Virus record (IMG/VR): IMGVR_UViG_3300028840_003271
Span: 1 to 64,000 of that record
DNA from: a virus
Reading direction: 5' to 3' (one strand)
Length of the DNA: 64,000 nt
Below the pieces are notes generated by a model that saw only the letters and a list, made by a program, of their open reading frames with translations, searched no databases and was not told the DNA's origin. Positions 38,654 to 48,727 of this stretch are shown here, one piece after another (position 1 is the stretch's first letter; each line of letters starts with the position of its first letter). Position numbers and translations under genes: made by a program.

Positions 38654-38810
38654 TATCCTTTTTTGCTAGTTTTCTTGCCCTTTTATTTATTGCTCTTTTG
38701 ACTTTTTTACCTAGACCCGTATGATTATTAAACACACATAAAAATTTCCTCCAACGAGTTGTCCAATCCTGTTCATCACCATTAATAGTTGGTATTCTAT
38801 CTTTTCTCAT
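38607..38810 (-). CDS. Small basic hypothetical protein
   Basis: GDEQDW..WRK....KKVKRAINKRAR. Confidence 0.55.
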   Translation of the reverse strand: MRKDRIPTINGDEQDWTTRWRKFLCVFNNHTGLGKKVKRAINKRARKLAKKDIENRNSDNDNSNSTF

Positions 38811-38820
38811 GATATAATAA

Positions 38821-39756
38821 TTATTTTTCTAAAATTTTTAGAGAAAAAAGATAATCTAAATAGTCTCCGTTTGATAATTCTTTGAGTGACCAATGACAGT
38901 ATGCCATATCACACAACCATTGATAACGATCATAATAATATGGTGGATTTATAACATTTTTTACACAAGAATAAGATACGTTATATGTTGGACAGTTTTG
39001 GTTTAAAGTAAAAATTGGAACTCCATGTAGAAATGCTTCAATTGTCGTTTTTGAACTAACGGTTATTAAGCATTTAGCATTATATAAGTCTTCAAACAAT
39101 GTTCTTGTTGGTAAAATTTCTACACTTGGAGGAATATCTAAAAACATATCTTCTCCAAGACTTTTCCATCTTGGACGGCCTGGATGTGTTCTAATACTTA
39201 CTGGTATAGAATTATCAATTTTACGAATTTGGTTATAGGTATTCCATATCCATCGTGTCCATTGTTTTCTAGTTTTAAAATTGTGTCCTATCCCTTCCGG
39301 TCTAAATTGCTCGCAAATTAAAATATATCCTTCTGTATGCCATCTGGGTGAATCATCTACCAACCAAGAAAAATAATTGTTTTGTGATAGTCTTTCATGG
39401 TCGTGTCCTTTTTTATACCAACATCGAGCATAATCTTTATCTAATAGTTCAGTATAAACATAAATTTGATCAGATGGTAAAAATGGGTTACACCATTCTT
39501 CTTTTTCTTTAAAACCAACCACTCCTTTTGGATGTAATACGGGTGATTTTATTGTGAGAAACTTTCCTCCATGTTTCTTTTGTTTCTCAATAATTTTTTG
39601 TGCTTTATTATTAAAAGTGAAAGACACGATTAAATCATATATTTCGTCTGGATTATATAGTGAATATTTCAATTCGTGTTTATGTAATCCATCTACAAAA
39701 TGATTAGCAAAGTTTTTTAGAATTGGTTTATCTTTTAGAAATAGTCCAATTTTCAT
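38821..39756 (-). CDS. KpsS/KpsC-like glycosyltransferase, paralog 4 (divergent)
   Basis: ILICEQ, IRTHP, ITVSS...EAFLHGVP, RYQWLCDMAYCHW..EL..G. Confidence 0.6.
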   Translation of the reverse strand: MKIGLFLKDKPILKNFANHFVDGLHKHELKYSLYNPDEIYDLIVSFTFNNKAQKIIEKQKKHGGKFLTIKSPVLHPKGVVGFKEKEEWCNPFLPSDQIYVYTELLDKDYARCWYKKGHDHERLSQNNYFSWLVDDSPRWHTEGYILICEQFRPEGIGHNFKTRKQWTRWIWNTYNQIRKIDNSIPVSIRTHPGRPRWKSLGEDMFLDIPPSVEILPTRTLFEDLYNAKCLITVSSKTTIEAFLHGVPIFTLNQNCPTYNVSYSCVKNVINPPYYYDRYQWLCDMAYCHWSLKELSNGDYLDYLFSLKILEK

Positions 39757-39779
39757 TATGTTTTCCAGTCTATTTGAAC

Positions 39780-39992
39780 TTATATGGAAGATAAGTCTTT
39801 AGTAATATCAAATAATAATGTTTTTAGTCTTTTAATTTCGTGTTCGTATGCCCATTCAATTATGGAAGAATGTGTTGGAATAGTTTGTAATTCTTCACAT
39901 TTTTTTAATGCCCAATTTGGCACTTTTGAATTTTTCCAATATCCATGTTTTTTTAGAAATTGAACGTCTTGATATGGAGTTGAATTTGTCAT
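39780..39992 (-). CDS. Hypothetical protein
   Basis: 70-aa ORF with ATGA overlap. Confidence 0.45.
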   Translation of the reverse strand: MTNSTPYQDVQFLKKHGYWKNSKVPNWALKKCEELQTIPTHSSIIEWAYEHEIKRLKTLLFDITKDLSSI

Positions 39993-40846
39993 CTTAGTCC
40001 TCTACAAATATGTTTCCACGCTTCTCCAGTTTGAAGTTCGATTAAATTCCATTGGGTATATGCTAAATCACAAACCCATTGAAGTCGTGATATTTTAATT
40101 GGTTTGTTGATAGTTAATAAATCTTTATTACATACATTCCATATCATCGAACCTTTATCACAAGCATAAGCAGGTACTCCTGCAATTAAAGAGTCTACTC
40201 CACAATTTGAGTTAAAAGTAACGGTAGCCCAAGCGTTTTGTAAATCGTCGTCAATGTTTGAGTGGTTAGAATAGATAGCATTCTTTATTGTTATTTGACC
40301 CTTTTGTCCGTGTGGACGAAAAACAATATCTCGTCTTGTATGTTCTTGAAGTATTTTATAGGTATGTCTACACCATTCTATGTGGTTACTATGTTGAACA
40401 GACGAATCCCACGGAATTTGACCACATAATAAAATGTATTTTTGTAGTAATTCTTTATTGTCATCTCTCCAAGGACTCAATTTAATGTTTAATTTATTCC
40501 ATCTATCTGGTGGACTGTTTTCGTTACAAAAGTTAGCTCGTCCATTAAGTCCGCTCCATCCTACAGAATAATACTTATCTCGATGTATATAACCTCTTTC
40601 TATTACTAACCAAGGTTTTCCATTATGAGACTTAACTAATTGAGGTATTAAGTGTCCTCTAACATTACCATTTGAACGACCAATTTTAGATATACCAAAC
40701 GTTACCAATATATCACATTGTTGATAACCTTGATACATATCATAAATTTCTACATTTTCACGACAATTTTTAAATCCATCGTATAAACAATTCAAAACTT
40801 TAACATGTTTTTCTTTTTCTGGTTGACGAAAAATTCCAATTTTCAT
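39989..40846 (-). CDS. KpsS/KpsC-like glycosyltransferase, paralog 5
   Basis: IERGY, GLNGRANF, GQ..WDSS, FRPH, VTFNSNCGVDS..GVP, AYTQW; start taken at MKIGIF. Confidence 0.65.
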   Translation of the reverse strand: MKIGIFRQPEKEKHVKVLNCLYDGFKNCRENVEIYDMYQGYQQCDILVTFGISKIGRSNGNVRGHLIPQLVKSHNGKPWLVIERGYIHRDKYYSVGWSGLNGRANFCNENSPPDRWNKLNIKLSPWRDDNKELLQKYILLCGQIPWDSSVQHSNHIEWCRHTYKILQEHTRRDIVFRPHGQKGQITIKNAIYSNHSNIDDDLQNAWATVTFNSNCGVDSLIAGVPAYACDKGSMIWNVCNKDLLTINKPIKISRLQWVCDLAYTQWNLIELQTGEAWKHICRGLR

Positions 40847-40961
40847 AAAAATCTTCCTTATATATGAAATATAATACCCATACAAAGTTTTTCAATTAGA
40901 AAAATTGTTGAGATAAAAAAGTTAGAATAATATATACGATATAATTTATGTAATATGGAAT

Positions 40962-41792
40962 TCATTGTATATATTTATCCAAAATTTTGTATTTAAATTT
41001 GCCTTTATTATGACGAATGTATGAAGAAAATAGTCCGTGTTGAATTGCTTCTTTTGGTCCTTTCTGATTTTTCACCAAATCTCGCGTAGGATATTGTGGA
41101 TTTTCTTCAATTACTTTTTTAATTACATAACCATCATCAAATCTTTCATATTTACGAAATCGACCATCCAAAAAATAATCAATCATAAGTTGTAATAATT
41201 CAAAACCTTGATGTTTTTCTCTCCAACCAATAAAGCCAGCTTCAATACCTAAGTCTACTTTCCTTCTTTTTTCACCTAAATGATAAAACATTCCAGTATC
41301 ACCAAATGCTTCTAATAAAAGTGGTTTTGGTATTTGTTGTAGAAAAGTTACGTCGGCATCAACAAAAACAATCATTTTAAATTCAGATAAAGTTAAAGCA
41401 TACTTTAATGCTATGATTTTACGAAACCATTGAGATGCTCGAAAATTGTAATAGGTTCTTAAACATCCTTTTTTATGGTCACACGTTTTCCAAATATCTT
41501 TACCAAGTTTACAGTTACAAGGTCCAACCAAACCACCAAGTTCTTTTGGAATAATATCTTTATTGTCGTCTAACCATTTTGAAAGAATTTTGTCATTATC
41601 CAAATTATAAAGCATTATAGGAGATGGGTCTGAATAACTATTTGCTGTTTTTATGACTACGTTAGATAAATTGTTTTCATAAGTTACTAAAAGATTACCA
41701 TTTACTTTAACACTTAAAAAAGATTCAACCAATGCTGAACCACAAATATTCCACAGTTGTTTATTTACACTCGTGACATAAAGTACTTTCAT
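40962..41792 (-). CDS. GT-A-like glycosyltransferase, paralog 2
   Basis: YVTS, WFRK, FVDADV, IEAGF, RFDDG, HNKG. Confidence 0.65.
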   Translation of the reverse strand: MKVLYVTSVNKQLWNICGSALVESFLSVKVNGNLLVTYENNLSNVVIKTANSYSDPSPIMLYNLDNDKILSKWLDDNKDIIPKELGGLVGPCNCKLGKDIWKTCDHKKGCLRTYYNFRASQWFRKIIALKYALTLSEFKMIVFVDADVTFLQQIPKPLLLEAFGDTGMFYHLGEKRRKVDLGIEAGFIGWREKHQGFELLQLMIDYFLDGRFRKYERFDDGYVIKKVIEENPQYPTRDLVKNQKGPKEAIQHGLFSSYIRHNKGKFKYKILDKYIQ

Positions 41793-41990
41793 TTTTTCTA
41801 TTCTTTCTTTTTATTACAAAATGCTAAAAATCCACTACCGACTAATAATGCTGTATGTATATTGGTCCACTCTTTAGTATGACTTAATAAATTTAAAGAT
41901 AACAACAGTATTGTAATAAACATTATATAAAAAACAATATGCCAAGCACGGTCAAACAAATAAAATAATAAGTTTTTTATTATAATTTTC

Positions 41991-42821
41991 CTAATTCTTG
42001 ACTACTAATCCACTACGAGAATGTATACCTTTTAAATGTTGAACATAATCTCTAAACGGTCCATGGCAAATTACATGACCACCAACTTGTTCAATATGTG
42101 GTTGTACAACATCAATAACTTTAATATTAGGATTTTCTTCTAAAATCTTTTTGTAAACATAACCATCATCCCAGCGTATAAATCTTTTAAAATCTCCAGA
42201 CATATAGCAATCAATGACTAGTCGTGGAAACATGGAATTTTGTTTAAAAACAAGAAACCCTGCTTCAACACCCATATCACGACGAATTTTATGTTCACCT
42301 AAATGAATTAGAACTTCATTATTTCCCAAAGCAGATAGAATTATTGAATATGGAAGATGTTGTGTAAATATTGTATCACAATCTAATAAAACAGTTAGTT
42401 CATGTTGAGGTACTTCTTTACCTGTAGCATATATTATAGTGATAATTTTACGAAACCATCGAGCAGTTTGACGATTAAAATTGGTTCCATATTTATTTTT
42501 TATCAAGTTGCCAAAAGTTTCACACCGTCCACCATATTCAGATGGTATTATATCAGCATTATCTTCAGTCCATTTTCGTAATGTTGGATCGTGAGTAATA
42601 TCAAATAAGTAAAAGTTTTGACCAGTAGATAATTTAACTACACCAGCTTCCTGACCTAATTGTTTCTTTAATTCTCGTCGTAAACCTGTTTCATTATCTT
42701 CATAGCATATCAACATATTTCCTTCGGTCATTGTGTTGACAAAGGAGTTTATCATATTTTTACCAGTAGCATCATAGAGTTTACGATTAAATGTGGTAAT
42801 GTAGAGTGGTTTGTTATTCAT
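41991..42821 (-). CDS. GT-A-like glycosyltransferase, paralog 3
   Basis: YITTFN, WFRK, LLDCDT, VEAGF, RWDDG, HLKG. Confidence 0.65.
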   Translation of the reverse strand: MNNKPLYITTFNRKLYDATGKNMINSFVNTMTEGNMLICYEDNETGLRRELKKQLGQEAGVVKLSTGQNFYLFDITHDPTLRKWTEDNADIIPSEYGGRCETFGNLIKNKYGTNFNRQTARWFRKIITIIYATGKEVPQHELTVLLDCDTIFTQHLPYSIILSALGNNEVLIHLGEHKIRRDMGVEAGFLVFKQNSMFPRLVIDCYMSGDFKRFIRWDDGYVYKKILEENPNIKVIDVVQPHIEQVGGHVICHGPFRDYVQHLKGIHSRSGLVVKN

Positions 42822-43042
42822 TTGGAATTTTCTAATTGTTTAATTAAATGAGCATGTTTTTCACCATCTTCCAATGCTTGTCGTCTCACACCCCAAGCAC
42901 CACGAGCACCATTATATAAACTATAATAACGATATTGGTCACCATGAAAAGTGGATATACGCTCTAAATTATAAAACATACCAAAATGAGGATATTTTTC
43001 TTTTTCTTCCAATTTATCTATTGTTGACATTTTTCTTTCCAT
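42818..43042 (-). CDS. Hypothetical protein
   Basis: 74-aa ORF in operon. Confidence 0.45.
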   Translation of the reverse strand: MERKMSTIDKLEEKEKYPHFGMFYNLERISTFHGDQYRYYSLYNGARGAWGVRRQALEDGEKHAHLIKQLENSK

Positions 43043-43926
43043 AAATTTTTTCTAAAATGTTGCCAAGGTAATCCTTCTCGAATTTCTGCTACATTCCATT
43101 GAGCATATGCTAAATTGTAACACCATTGTTCACGACCTATAGATAAATATGGTTTAGCAACACTATAAATAAGTGTTCCAGATATGTTATAAGTTATGTT
43201 TTTAGGACTACAACAAACTACAGGTATTCCATTTAAAATAGCGTCTACAGCACCGTTAGTAGTATAAGCAACAACACACCAACAATTTTCCAAATCTTCA
43301 ACAATGGTTGTATTTTTTTTAGGATTACTTATTGTATAATTACCTTGTGGTAAAATGGTTTGATTAGGATGTAATCTTAATTTGACAGGACGACTTGTTA
43401 ATTTATTGAGAGAAAAAATAGTGTCGGTCATCCACTTTACAATATCAACATCTTGAACGCTGACACCTTTTTCGTGTTGACCTAAAACTAAAATATGGTC
43501 TCCGTTTTTTCTCCAGGGTTTTAATTCAATATTTAGTTTTTCCCATCTATCAGGAGGACTATTTTCATTATAATAATTAGCATCTCTTTTTATTCCATCC
43601 TCACCAACAGCGACATAGCGACTATCGGTTAGTGCAAATTTATTTTCTCGTTCATTCAAAGAAGTAATAAATCCAGTATCCATTACTAATCGTGGAACAC
43701 ACCAAGTTTGACAATAATCTCTAATATACCATCTTAAATCTTTTCCATTATGTTTTGTATAATCACAAACTTGAACAATACAATCAAAATTAGCACCTAA
43801 AAGGTCGGTTGGATGTCGAATTGAGACTGGATTATCTCCAGATTTTATTATACCTTCAATAAAAGCATGACACAAACCAATACCTATTGTATCGTCTTTT
43901 GTAAAGGCAACACCAACATTTAACAT
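43018..43926 (-). CDS. KpsS/KpsC-like glycosyltransferase, paralog 6
   Basis: MDTGF, NENSPPDRW, LGQ, LRLHP, VVAYTTN.AVDA..GIP, LAYAQW. Confidence 0.65.
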   Translation of the reverse strand: MLNVGVAFTKDDTIGIGLCHAFIEGIIKSGDNPVSIRHPTDLLGANFDCIVQVCDYTKHNGKDLRWYIRDYCQTWCVPRLVMDTGFITSLNERENKFALTDSRYVAVGEDGIKRDANYYNENSPPDRWEKLNIELKPWRKNGDHILVLGQHEKGVSVQDVDIVKWMTDTIFSLNKLTSRPVKLRLHPNQTILPQGNYTISNPKKNTTIVEDLENCWCVVAYTTNGAVDAILNGIPVVCCSPKNITYNISGTLIYSVAKPYLSIGREQWCYNLAYAQWNVAEIREGLPWQHFRKNLWKEKCQQ

Positions 43927-44198
43927 GGTATTTTTTGTTCCTTGTTAATTTTGTCTGCTAATTGAGTAGCTTTTTCAATAGCAGAACCGAGCATGCTTTG
44001 AGTTGTTGCTTGACGATTATAATATCCTTCACCACAATGTATAAGTTTAATTCCTCGTTTTTGAGCAACTTTTTTATTTAGAACTTTTAATTTTTCAATG
44101 TTTGGAGAAACCACTTGAACCATTACATAAGTATCTGGTCCTTGTTTCGGCCATGTTCCTACTGGAGATTGTGAACGAATTTCAACAAATGCCTTCAT
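43920..44198 (-). CDS. Hypothetical protein
   Basis: 92-aa ORF. Confidence 0.5.
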   Translation of the reverse strand: MKAFVEIRSQSPVGTWPKQGPDTYVMVQVVSPNIEKLKVLNKKVAQKRGIKLIHCGEGYYNRQATTQSMLGSAIEKATQLADKINKEQKIPC

Positions 44199-44569
44199 TA
44201 TTTTTCCTCGTATGAAATTTGAAGATAAATGTTTTTACCATAAAACGGTTCTAATATTTTGTCTAATCTATAATCCTCATAATATTCTCTAATTTTACGT
44301 CCGTCACGAGAACGTCTATAAACTATTTCTGGATAATTTCCGTCATTATTTAGATTTCTTCTTTTTCTTACGTATAATGATAGTCTGTTTTTATCAGGAG
44401 TATCGTGTAAACTTATATATAACTTAGCATCAATCGGAATATGAAATTGATTTAAAATATGTTCCATTGCTTCCAAACAAATACTATGATATGTATCTGG
44501 TCCATTAAAATATCCAAAAGAATATATTTCTGCTTCAATAATTTTCATGAAATTTCTCCTAAATATCAA
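44198..44569 (-). CDS. Hypothetical protein, paralog of 61703..62062
   Basis: Shared QF.IP, ISLH, YP, EYY, L.P..GK..YLQI.Y.E. Confidence 0.65.
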   Translation of the reverse strand: MIFRRNFMKIIEAEIYSFGYFNGPDTYHSICLEAMEHILNQFHIPIDAKLYISLHDTPDKNRLSLYVRKRRNLNNDGNYPEIVYRRSRDGRKIREYYEDYRLDKILEPFYGKNIYLQISYEEK

Positions 44570-45107
44570 AAAGTAACCAACGATTAAAAGTATTTACCAT
44601 ATTAGAATTAGAGCAACTTACAAACAGAAGATAATCTTTAACTTCCTGCCACGACGAAAACATAAGTTCGTGATTTATCGTACCAAACAACCAGTCGTTT
44701 ACATTCTGTTTACCTTGCTCACACATAAGTAATATTGGTTTTTTCATACGGTTACACCAGAAAAGTTCTTCTAATGTTCCACAACTTTTTATGTCTTTAT
44801 TCCAATAAACTATACAAAAATCACAAATATCACATAGTCTCAAGTCAAAAGTTCGTATGCTTCTAACCAATCTTGACAATTCATCGTATCTTTTTTCCTC
44901 TTTTAATTTTGCTCGTAATTTATGAAATTCCTTTCCCTCTGTAATAGAATGTCCTAAAAGACATTTTGGTTTATTTGTTGGATCAAGTACGACTATTTCC
45001 AATGATTGTAAAAATAGAGTTAGTTCTTGTCTCCAACCTTGTCCTAAATCAGAAGCGTGGTCAATTGGACCACATAAATAACAACGAGAACCTTTAAGAC
45101 GATTCAT
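44559..45107 (-). CDS. Nucleoside 2-deoxyribosyltransferase-like protein
   Basis: YLCGPID, WR, LDP, DLRLCDICD, GTLEE, KPI. Confidence 0.75.
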   Translation of the reverse strand: MNRLKGSRCYLCGPIDHASDLGQGWRQELTLFLQSLEIVVLDPTNKPKCLLGHSITEGKEFHKLRAKLKEEKRYDELSRLVRSIRTFDLRLCDICDFCIVYWNKDIKSCGTLEELFWCNRMKKPILLMCEQGKQNVNDWLFGTINHELMFSSWQEVKDYLLFVSCSNSNMVNTFNRWLLFDI

Positions 45108-45122
45108 AAATATACCTCATTA

Positions 45123-45512
45123 TTAGTCGTTCTGATGAATAATTTTGTGAATTTCATCAATATCATCATATGATAGACGTATATTATTGTTGATAAAAAC
45201 ATTATTTACTATATCATTTTCTATAAATCGGACAGTATGACTGCCACACTTAAGTAGTGGTTTTTGTTTTTTTGGTGGTTTTGACAAAATTTGTATCGCT
45301 TCTTCGATTGAAATAAGAGGATTAGCATTTTCATATTTTTCACTATTCCAATCTACTATACCACGATTTTTATAAATAACTAAAAACGGACGTTCTTTGT
45401 CTGGATTTTGTAATATTTCATGCCATACTTCCCATCCATTATTTCTTGCTAAATCAACCAAAACTTGTGTAATATCATTGGTAATTGTTCTAACTTGTAC
45501 TTTACTCATCAT
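45123..45512 (-). CDS. Hypothetical protein
   Basis: 129-aa ORF. Confidence 0.5.
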   Translation of the reverse strand: MMSKVQVRTITNDITQVLVDLARNNGWEVWHEILQNPDKERPFLVIYKNRGIVDWNSEKYENANPLISIEEAIQILSKPPKKQKPLLKCGSHTVRFIENDIVNNVFINNNIRLSYDDIDEIHKIIHQND

Positions 45513-45518
45513 TATCTC

Positions 45519-46025
45519 CTAATTTATTTTAGTATAAAGGTAGCGAGAAAATTTCTCACACGAAAACAATAACCGTTTTTTCCATAATTTTACGTCTAAA
45601 TATGGAAAATGTCTATCACATTTATAGGAGGAAGAAATCTGTGTAACATAAATCGCGTTTACCCAATTATTTGTTAGTGCTGTACGATATATCGATTCTC
45701 CACCAATAAAGAATAGGTGACGAGGCTTAAAACGTGACGATAATAATTCAAGAAACTTTGTGTGTAACGATTTATTCATAAACCATACGTTTTTTTGTTT
45801 ATGACAGAGACCATATCCACTATACATACTAGTCATAACAATATTATGTCTATTAGGTAGTGGTTGTTTTGGTAAACTATCCCAAGTTTTTCTACCCATA
45901 ATAATTACATGACCATCTGTAATATATTTAAACCATTCTAAATCTTCTTTGAGATTCCAAGGAATTTTACCTTTAAAACCAATTCCATGATTTTGGTCAT
46001 ATGCTACAATAATTTTTCCGTTCAT
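45519..46025 (-). CDS. folA: Dihydrofolate reductase
   Basis: IVA..GIG..IPW..EDL..F..T, MGRKTWDSLP..PLPNR, IGGESIY, DRHFP. Confidence 0.95.
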   Translation of the reverse strand: MNGKIIVAYDQNHGIGFKGKIPWNLKEDLEWFKYITDGHVIIMGRKTWDSLPKQPLPNRHNIVMTSMYSGYGLCHKQKNVWFMNKSLHTKFLELLSSRFKPRHLFFIGGESIYRTALTNNWVNAIYVTQISSSYKCDRHFPYLDVKLWKKRLLFSCEKFSRYLYTKIN

Positions 46026-46027
46026 TT

Positions 46028-47113
46028 TTACCTCGATAAATATTCAACACTAATGGATTTAAAAATAATCCGACCTAATGTTGGATGTTCTCTTTCTTTG
46101 AGTGGAGTAATAACTATTCCTTCACGACCTTTAAATTTACCAGTTAGAGGTAGTATGCTTTCACCATCTGTATATTTATCAAGTAAATCGTTTGACCAAG
46201 GACCAACATATATAATAGGAACCATGGGAATTTTAAAATTGCTACATAGTTGCTGTAATTCTTCGTATCCGAGATATTTTCCATCTATAGAAACGTCAAA
46301 AACTCTAAAATCCTTTTTACCATTTTCCATACCATACGATAAATTCTGAACTCCACTACCGTAAATTTCTCCAAACACAATAGCAGATGAACATTTATAT
46401 ACTGAATGTAGATGTTTTAATAAATCTTGAATGTCTGGATACCAATCTAACGGTTGCCAATATAAACAAGTTCTTTTTTCTTTATCTTGATATTTACGAC
46501 GAGTGTTATGAGAACCACACATAAAAGTTGGTTTACCACAGTCGTTAACTAAACCTATTCTCGTGTTTGTGCCATGGATTTTCAGCGTTATTCTTACGAA
46601 TTCACTCCCTTGTAAAATATTTGGATGGTTTCGTATGTTTTCAATTTTGGTATATTTATGAAAAAGAGGATGGTCTTTATGAACATCTCCTTGAGTAGAT
46701 TTTAGTGGTGGATTCCATTTTGTAATTTCTAAATCTTCAGTAATATTTAATCCGTTTGGTAAATATTTATATAACTTATTATAAATTCCTGACATATATT
46801 TTGTAAACGATGAAATCGTCATAATTGTTCCATACGATGCTATTCCACGAATTTTTGCTGCTTTTACTCGTCGTGACTTTGTATTTTGATTTTTTGGTAG
46901 TTCAGCACAATATTTTGTAATACCTAAAAATGTATGTAGACTTTCTGGAAGAATACAGTCGGGTGGAATAAAGACTATATTTTCTCCTACTTTCAACAAA
47001 TCTTTTTGAACCACAACTTGCCAACCCTTGATGACAGCAATTTCTAAACGATCAGCATTAGGATGTGCTTTTATTTCTAATATTGGAGTAATTTCAGCAA
47101 GCGATTCAGACAT
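46028..47113 (-). CDS. RNA ligase, DRB0094-like
   Basis: N-terminal OB (HPNADRLE, GWQVVV), motif I KIHGTN, FGEIYG, FDV, REGIVI, FKSIS. Confidence 0.85.
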   Translation of the reverse strand: MSESLAEITPILEIKAHPNADRLEIAVIKGWQVVVQKDLLKVGENIVFIPPDCILPESLHTFLGITKYCAELPKNQNTKSRRVKAAKIRGIASYGTIMTISSFTKYMSGIYNKLYKYLPNGLNITEDLEITKWNPPLKSTQGDVHKDHPLFHKYTKIENIRNHPNILQGSEFVRITLKIHGTNTRIGLVNDCGKPTFMCGSHNTRRKYQDKEKRTCLYWQPLDWYPDIQDLLKHLHSVYKCSSAIVFGEIYGSGVQNLSYGMENGKKDFRVFDVSIDGKYLGYEELQQLCSNFKIPMVPIIYVGPWSNDLLDKYTDGESILPLTGKFKGREGIVITPLKEREHPTLGRIIFKSISVEYLSR

Positions 47114-47748
47114 TATTTTTTCTCCGTTAAATAACGATATTTACCAACACCCTTTTCTACTTTAACTAAAATGTGTGGGGTTTGTATCCAGTTTCCATGT
47201 TTTGATTTTTGTTTCGGTCCCATATATAAAAAACAATATCCTGCTTCTGACTTATTACAAGACCGAGTAAGTATTCCGTCTTTTTCCACTCTTAATACAC
47301 GATAAACTCCACGATATCCCAAGTGATACATTTCAGGAATACCGTCGTTGTGTTCAATTATTTGATAGGGACCACCATTTATAGCACGAATTAAATCCCC
47401 TTTTTGTAGAGTTGTCCAATCTTCAATGAGACTACTTTTTTCTCTCAATAATTTTGCTTTAGATGATGCATGTTTAATAACAAATATATGAGAACATGAT
47501 GGACAAACCTTCGTTCTTACTCCACATATTAATTTACATTTTGGACAAGATTTAGTTCCAGGTTTTAAACCATTACGACTTTTTTTCTTTATCTTTTTTT
47601 GAATTTTTGGTTTGGATTTTAATTTTTTCTTTTGCTGCTGTTTTGGTTTAGTAGAATTAAATATAAACTTATGACCACACGAACACTGTTTTGTTCGTGG
47701 TCCAACTTCTTTTTTACACGATGGACAAGTTTTTTTACCTTTAGGCAT
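47113..47748 (-). CDS. Basic protein with two Zn-ribbon repeats
   Basis: KTCPSC...R..C.CGHKF and KSCPKC...R..CPSCSHIF. Confidence 0.65.
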   Translation of the reverse strand: MPKGKKTCPSCKKEVGPRTKQCSCGHKFIFNSTKPKQQQKKKLKSKPKIQKKIKKKSRNGLKPGTKSCPKCKLICGVRTKVCPSCSHIFVIKHASSKAKLLREKSSLIEDWTTLQKGDLIRAINGGPYQIIEHNDGIPEMYHLGYRGVYRVLRVEKDGILTRSCNKSEAGYCFLYMGPKQKSKHGNWIQTPHILVKVEKGVGKYRYLTEKK

Positions 47749-47908
47749 CGCTATTTTCTTTTTTATTTTTTTCTTGAGTTAGTCGTAATTTTTTCCAACA
47801 TTCATCACACAACATTCTATCAACATGTCGTTGAAGAGTTGGCCAGAACCAAGTGGAACAGTTTGAGCAAGGTATAAGATTAAAAATTAAAACCTGTTTT
47901 GATTTCAT
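47741..47908 (-). CDS. 55-aa CxxC...CxxC protein (not in ORF track)
   Basis: MKSKQVLIFNLIPCSNCSTW...MLCDECWKK; TAATG coupling. Confidence 0.55.
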   Translation of the reverse strand: MKSKQVLIFNLIPCSNCSTWFWPTLQRHVDRMLCDECWKKLRLTQEKNKKENSDA

Positions 47909-48258
47909 TAAAATCCTAAATTAATAACACCACCAGTTAACGTTTGTGAAAGATTTGTAGGAGAAATAGATGATGGAAAGTTTTGATTATGATTATTGGA
48001 CTTATTAGATTCATCTTGTTGTGTTTTTGGTTTAGATTTGTGTAATTCATTCCACTTTATATAAGCACATTTACCATGATTATATATTATATAGTGTGGA
48101 TATTTATTGTATAACCATAATCTTAATTGATTCATAGTTTTACCAATAAATCCTAATTCAGAAAAAATTGAATCTATTCTCAATATGTTGTCTAAATAAT
48201 TCACTTCAATATAAGCAGGAGAAAAATTTAAACCTTTTATTTCATAAATATTTACCAT
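47908..48258 (-). CDS. Hypothetical protein
   Basis: 116-aa ORF. Confidence 0.5.
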   Translation of the reverse strand: MVNIYEIKGLNFSPAYIEVNYLDNILRIDSIFSELGFIGKTMNQLRLWLYNKYPHYIIYNHGKCAYIKWNELHKSKPKTQQDESNKSNNHNQNFPSSISPTNLSQTLTGGVINLGF

Positions 48259-48352
48259 TATCTTAACCTGTGTTTTATTTTAATTTTCTACAATGTCTTT
48301 TTAGAAAGTTTTTTTTACTTTATCATCGATACATAAATATGCTTTTAGTTCC

Positions 48353-48727
48353 TCAATTAAGTAATTCAAATTTTCCACTACGATTAGTATAATATACTTT
48401 TTGTATTCCAAAATCTTTTAAAAGTTTCTGACAAATTTTACACGGTTTTGACATTCCAATACTACCATCGGCCATAATTCTTATATTTATCATAATATGT
48501 TGAGATAGTTTTGATGGTGGATAAGGAAACAGTTTGATACAAGCAACTTCACTATGCACACAACTAAAACGATAACCATATTTATTAGCAAGCGGATCGG
48601 TTTTCCGTTTATTATTTATTCCAAAACAAATTATTTGATTACACTTTTTATTTTTTACGAGAAAAGAAATGTGTTGGGAATTTGTATACAACAAAACATT
48701 ACGAGCGAGACTAATCAATTTGTTCAT
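48353..48727 (-). CDS. Cytidine/dCMP deaminase-like Zn protein
   Basis: HSE ... SKPCKIC, VYYT. Confidence 0.8.
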   Translation of the reverse strand: MNKLISLARNVLLYTNSQHISFLVKNKKCNQIICFGINNKRKTDPLANKYGYRFSCVHSEVACIKLFPYPPSKLSQHIMINIRIMADGSIGMSKPCKICQKLLKDFGIQKVYYTNRSGKFELLN

